Of a DNA stretch of 29,115 nucleotides, positions 28,022 to 29,115 are shown piece after piece. The position numbers were made by a program, and so were the translations under genes. The stretch spans positions 1 to 29,115 of the IMG/VR virus record IMGVR_UViG_3300030372_004987; one strand, given 5' to 3'. Below the pieces are notes generated by a model. It made no database searches. It was not told the origin of the DNA and saw only the letters and a list, made by a program, of their open reading frames with translations. The stretch comes from a virus (lineage: Duplodnaviria > Caudoviricetes). The stretch's first letter is position 1. Every line of letters starts with the position of its first letter.

Positions 28022-28056
28022 TAATATGTTGGTCATGACATGGGCAAAAGCAAGGA
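28022..28056 (-). promoter_or_regulatory. Putative late promoter, copy 3 (head of the late region)
   Basis: TTGC-TTTTGCCCATGT-CATGACCAACATATT, with the same 12-nt spacing. Confidence 0.6.
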
Positions 28057-28183
28057 AAGGTTTCAAAAATTGTGCAATTTTGATATACGTCCTATATATT
28101 CGACCTATCCCCTATTTGAATGGGAATCGATTTCCCAATTGCGTTAATTCTTATTTCAAATAATATAATATAGGAGGTTCATA

Positions 28184-28441
28184 ATGAATCGTATCAAGAT
28201 GTTCAAAACAACTAGCAAAGCAGGAAACCCTATCTACTCATCACTAATGAGCCAAGATACAAGCTTAGGTCGTCTCTTCCAAGGTGGCACTCCAAATGAG
28301 AAGCCATACTTCATCTCAATAGATATTGACCCTACTGGCCTACCAGCCACTATCCTAATGGACGTGAATACTGGTCAATGGGAAGATGCTTCCGCTGGCG
28401 CTTCAGCACCTGTTCAACAAGCTACACAGCCTTCTGTATAG
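28184..28441 (+). CDS. Hypothetical protein, first gene of the divergent (probably early) region
   Basis: AGGAGG RBS 6 nt before the ATG; followed by hairpin 28447-28468. Confidence 0.8.
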   Translation: MNRIKMFKTTSKAGNPIYSSLMSQDTSLGRLFQGGTPNEKPYFISIDIDPTGLPATILMDVNTGQWEDASAGASAPVQQATQPSV

Positions 28442-28446
28442 CATCC

Positions 28447-28472
28447 AAGGAGGCTTCCATAGCTCCTTATTA
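28447..28472 (+). terminator. Hairpin after the 85-aa gene (weak terminator or processing site)
   Basis: AAGGAGGCT-TCCAT-AGCTCCTT with one bulge; poor U-tract. Confidence 0.35.
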
Positions 28473-28681
28473 CATGATTTAAAGCGTGAGGTATGGTCAC
28501 CTAATACTATACCTTGCGCTAGTAATATATATTGTAACTCATACATAAACACAGAGTATACATTAAACAGCCGTAATGGTATCTATTAACCATTATTATA
28601 CCTAAGTGGACACAACTATCCACTACCAAATTACAGAGCCTTATATGGCTCATAATTAAAACAGAGCAAACTAAAAAAGGA

Positions 28682-28867
28682 ATGATCATGAAAGACTTAA
28701 ACGAAAGATATTACATAAAGAATGGTGAACCAAAGCCTTATTCATTTTTGGATGTGTTCACTGGTTTAGAAGAAAAGAAACAAGAAGATGTTGTAACGCT
28801 TGCTAGGCTTCAGGTAGATAGCATAACTCAAACATCAGTTGGTAGTTATATCAAAAGAATAATCTAA
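28682..28867 (+). CDS. Hypothetical protein (about 59-61 aa)
   Basis: AAAGGA is best spaced for the second ATG at 28688; lies between hairpin clusters. Confidence 0.6.
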   Translation: MIMKDLNERYYIKNGEPKPYSFLDVFTGLEEKKQEDVVTLARLQVDSITQTSVGSYIKRII

Positions 28868-29115
28868 TCTAAACTATAATCATAGTTAGGTATAAACAAT
28901 AAACACGCTTAGTCTTGAGCGGAATCAAGGCACACTGAGATTATAGTAAATGAGAGTAGCCTGAATTGGGAGCCTTAGTGGTTACGGTGTTGAAGGCTAC
29001 TCTCTAATAAGTATTGTAAGAGGTCAGAGGTATGTATCGCAGATAGTGGAAAGCGTCAAGTAATTGCTCAACAAAACTGAACGAGTTGTCATTATGAAAC
29101 GACTATAAATATTAC

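Overview
The whole window is part of an AT-rich tailed dsDNA phage genome with P22/N4/crAss-like podovirus organisation (no tape measure or sheath gene seen). About 1-28016 is a minus-strand late/morphogenesis region. In transcription order it holds: an acidic small protein, terminase small subunit, terminase large subunit, portal, scaffold, major capsid protein, adaptor-like ring proteins, a 1952-aa tail fibre with S74 chaperone, a lysis cluster with a Zn-ribbon metallophosphoesterase, a tail nozzle, and a truncated probable ejection protein. A plus-strand tyrosine integrase sits between terS and terL, next to an attP-like site. The site's core is the 5' HALF (42 nt) of a tRNA(CAU, Ile2-like), flanked by AATAGCCAAAT arm-type repeats and preceded by a sigma70-like promoter that could transcribe the tRNA rebuilt after integration. 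A TTGC-N12-CATGWC motif occurs three times, each just upstream of a late gene block. From 28184 the plus strand begins a probable early region rich in hairpins. Strong AGGAG Shine-Dalgarno use argues against a Bacteroidota host. All calls come from motif reading only; no searches were run.
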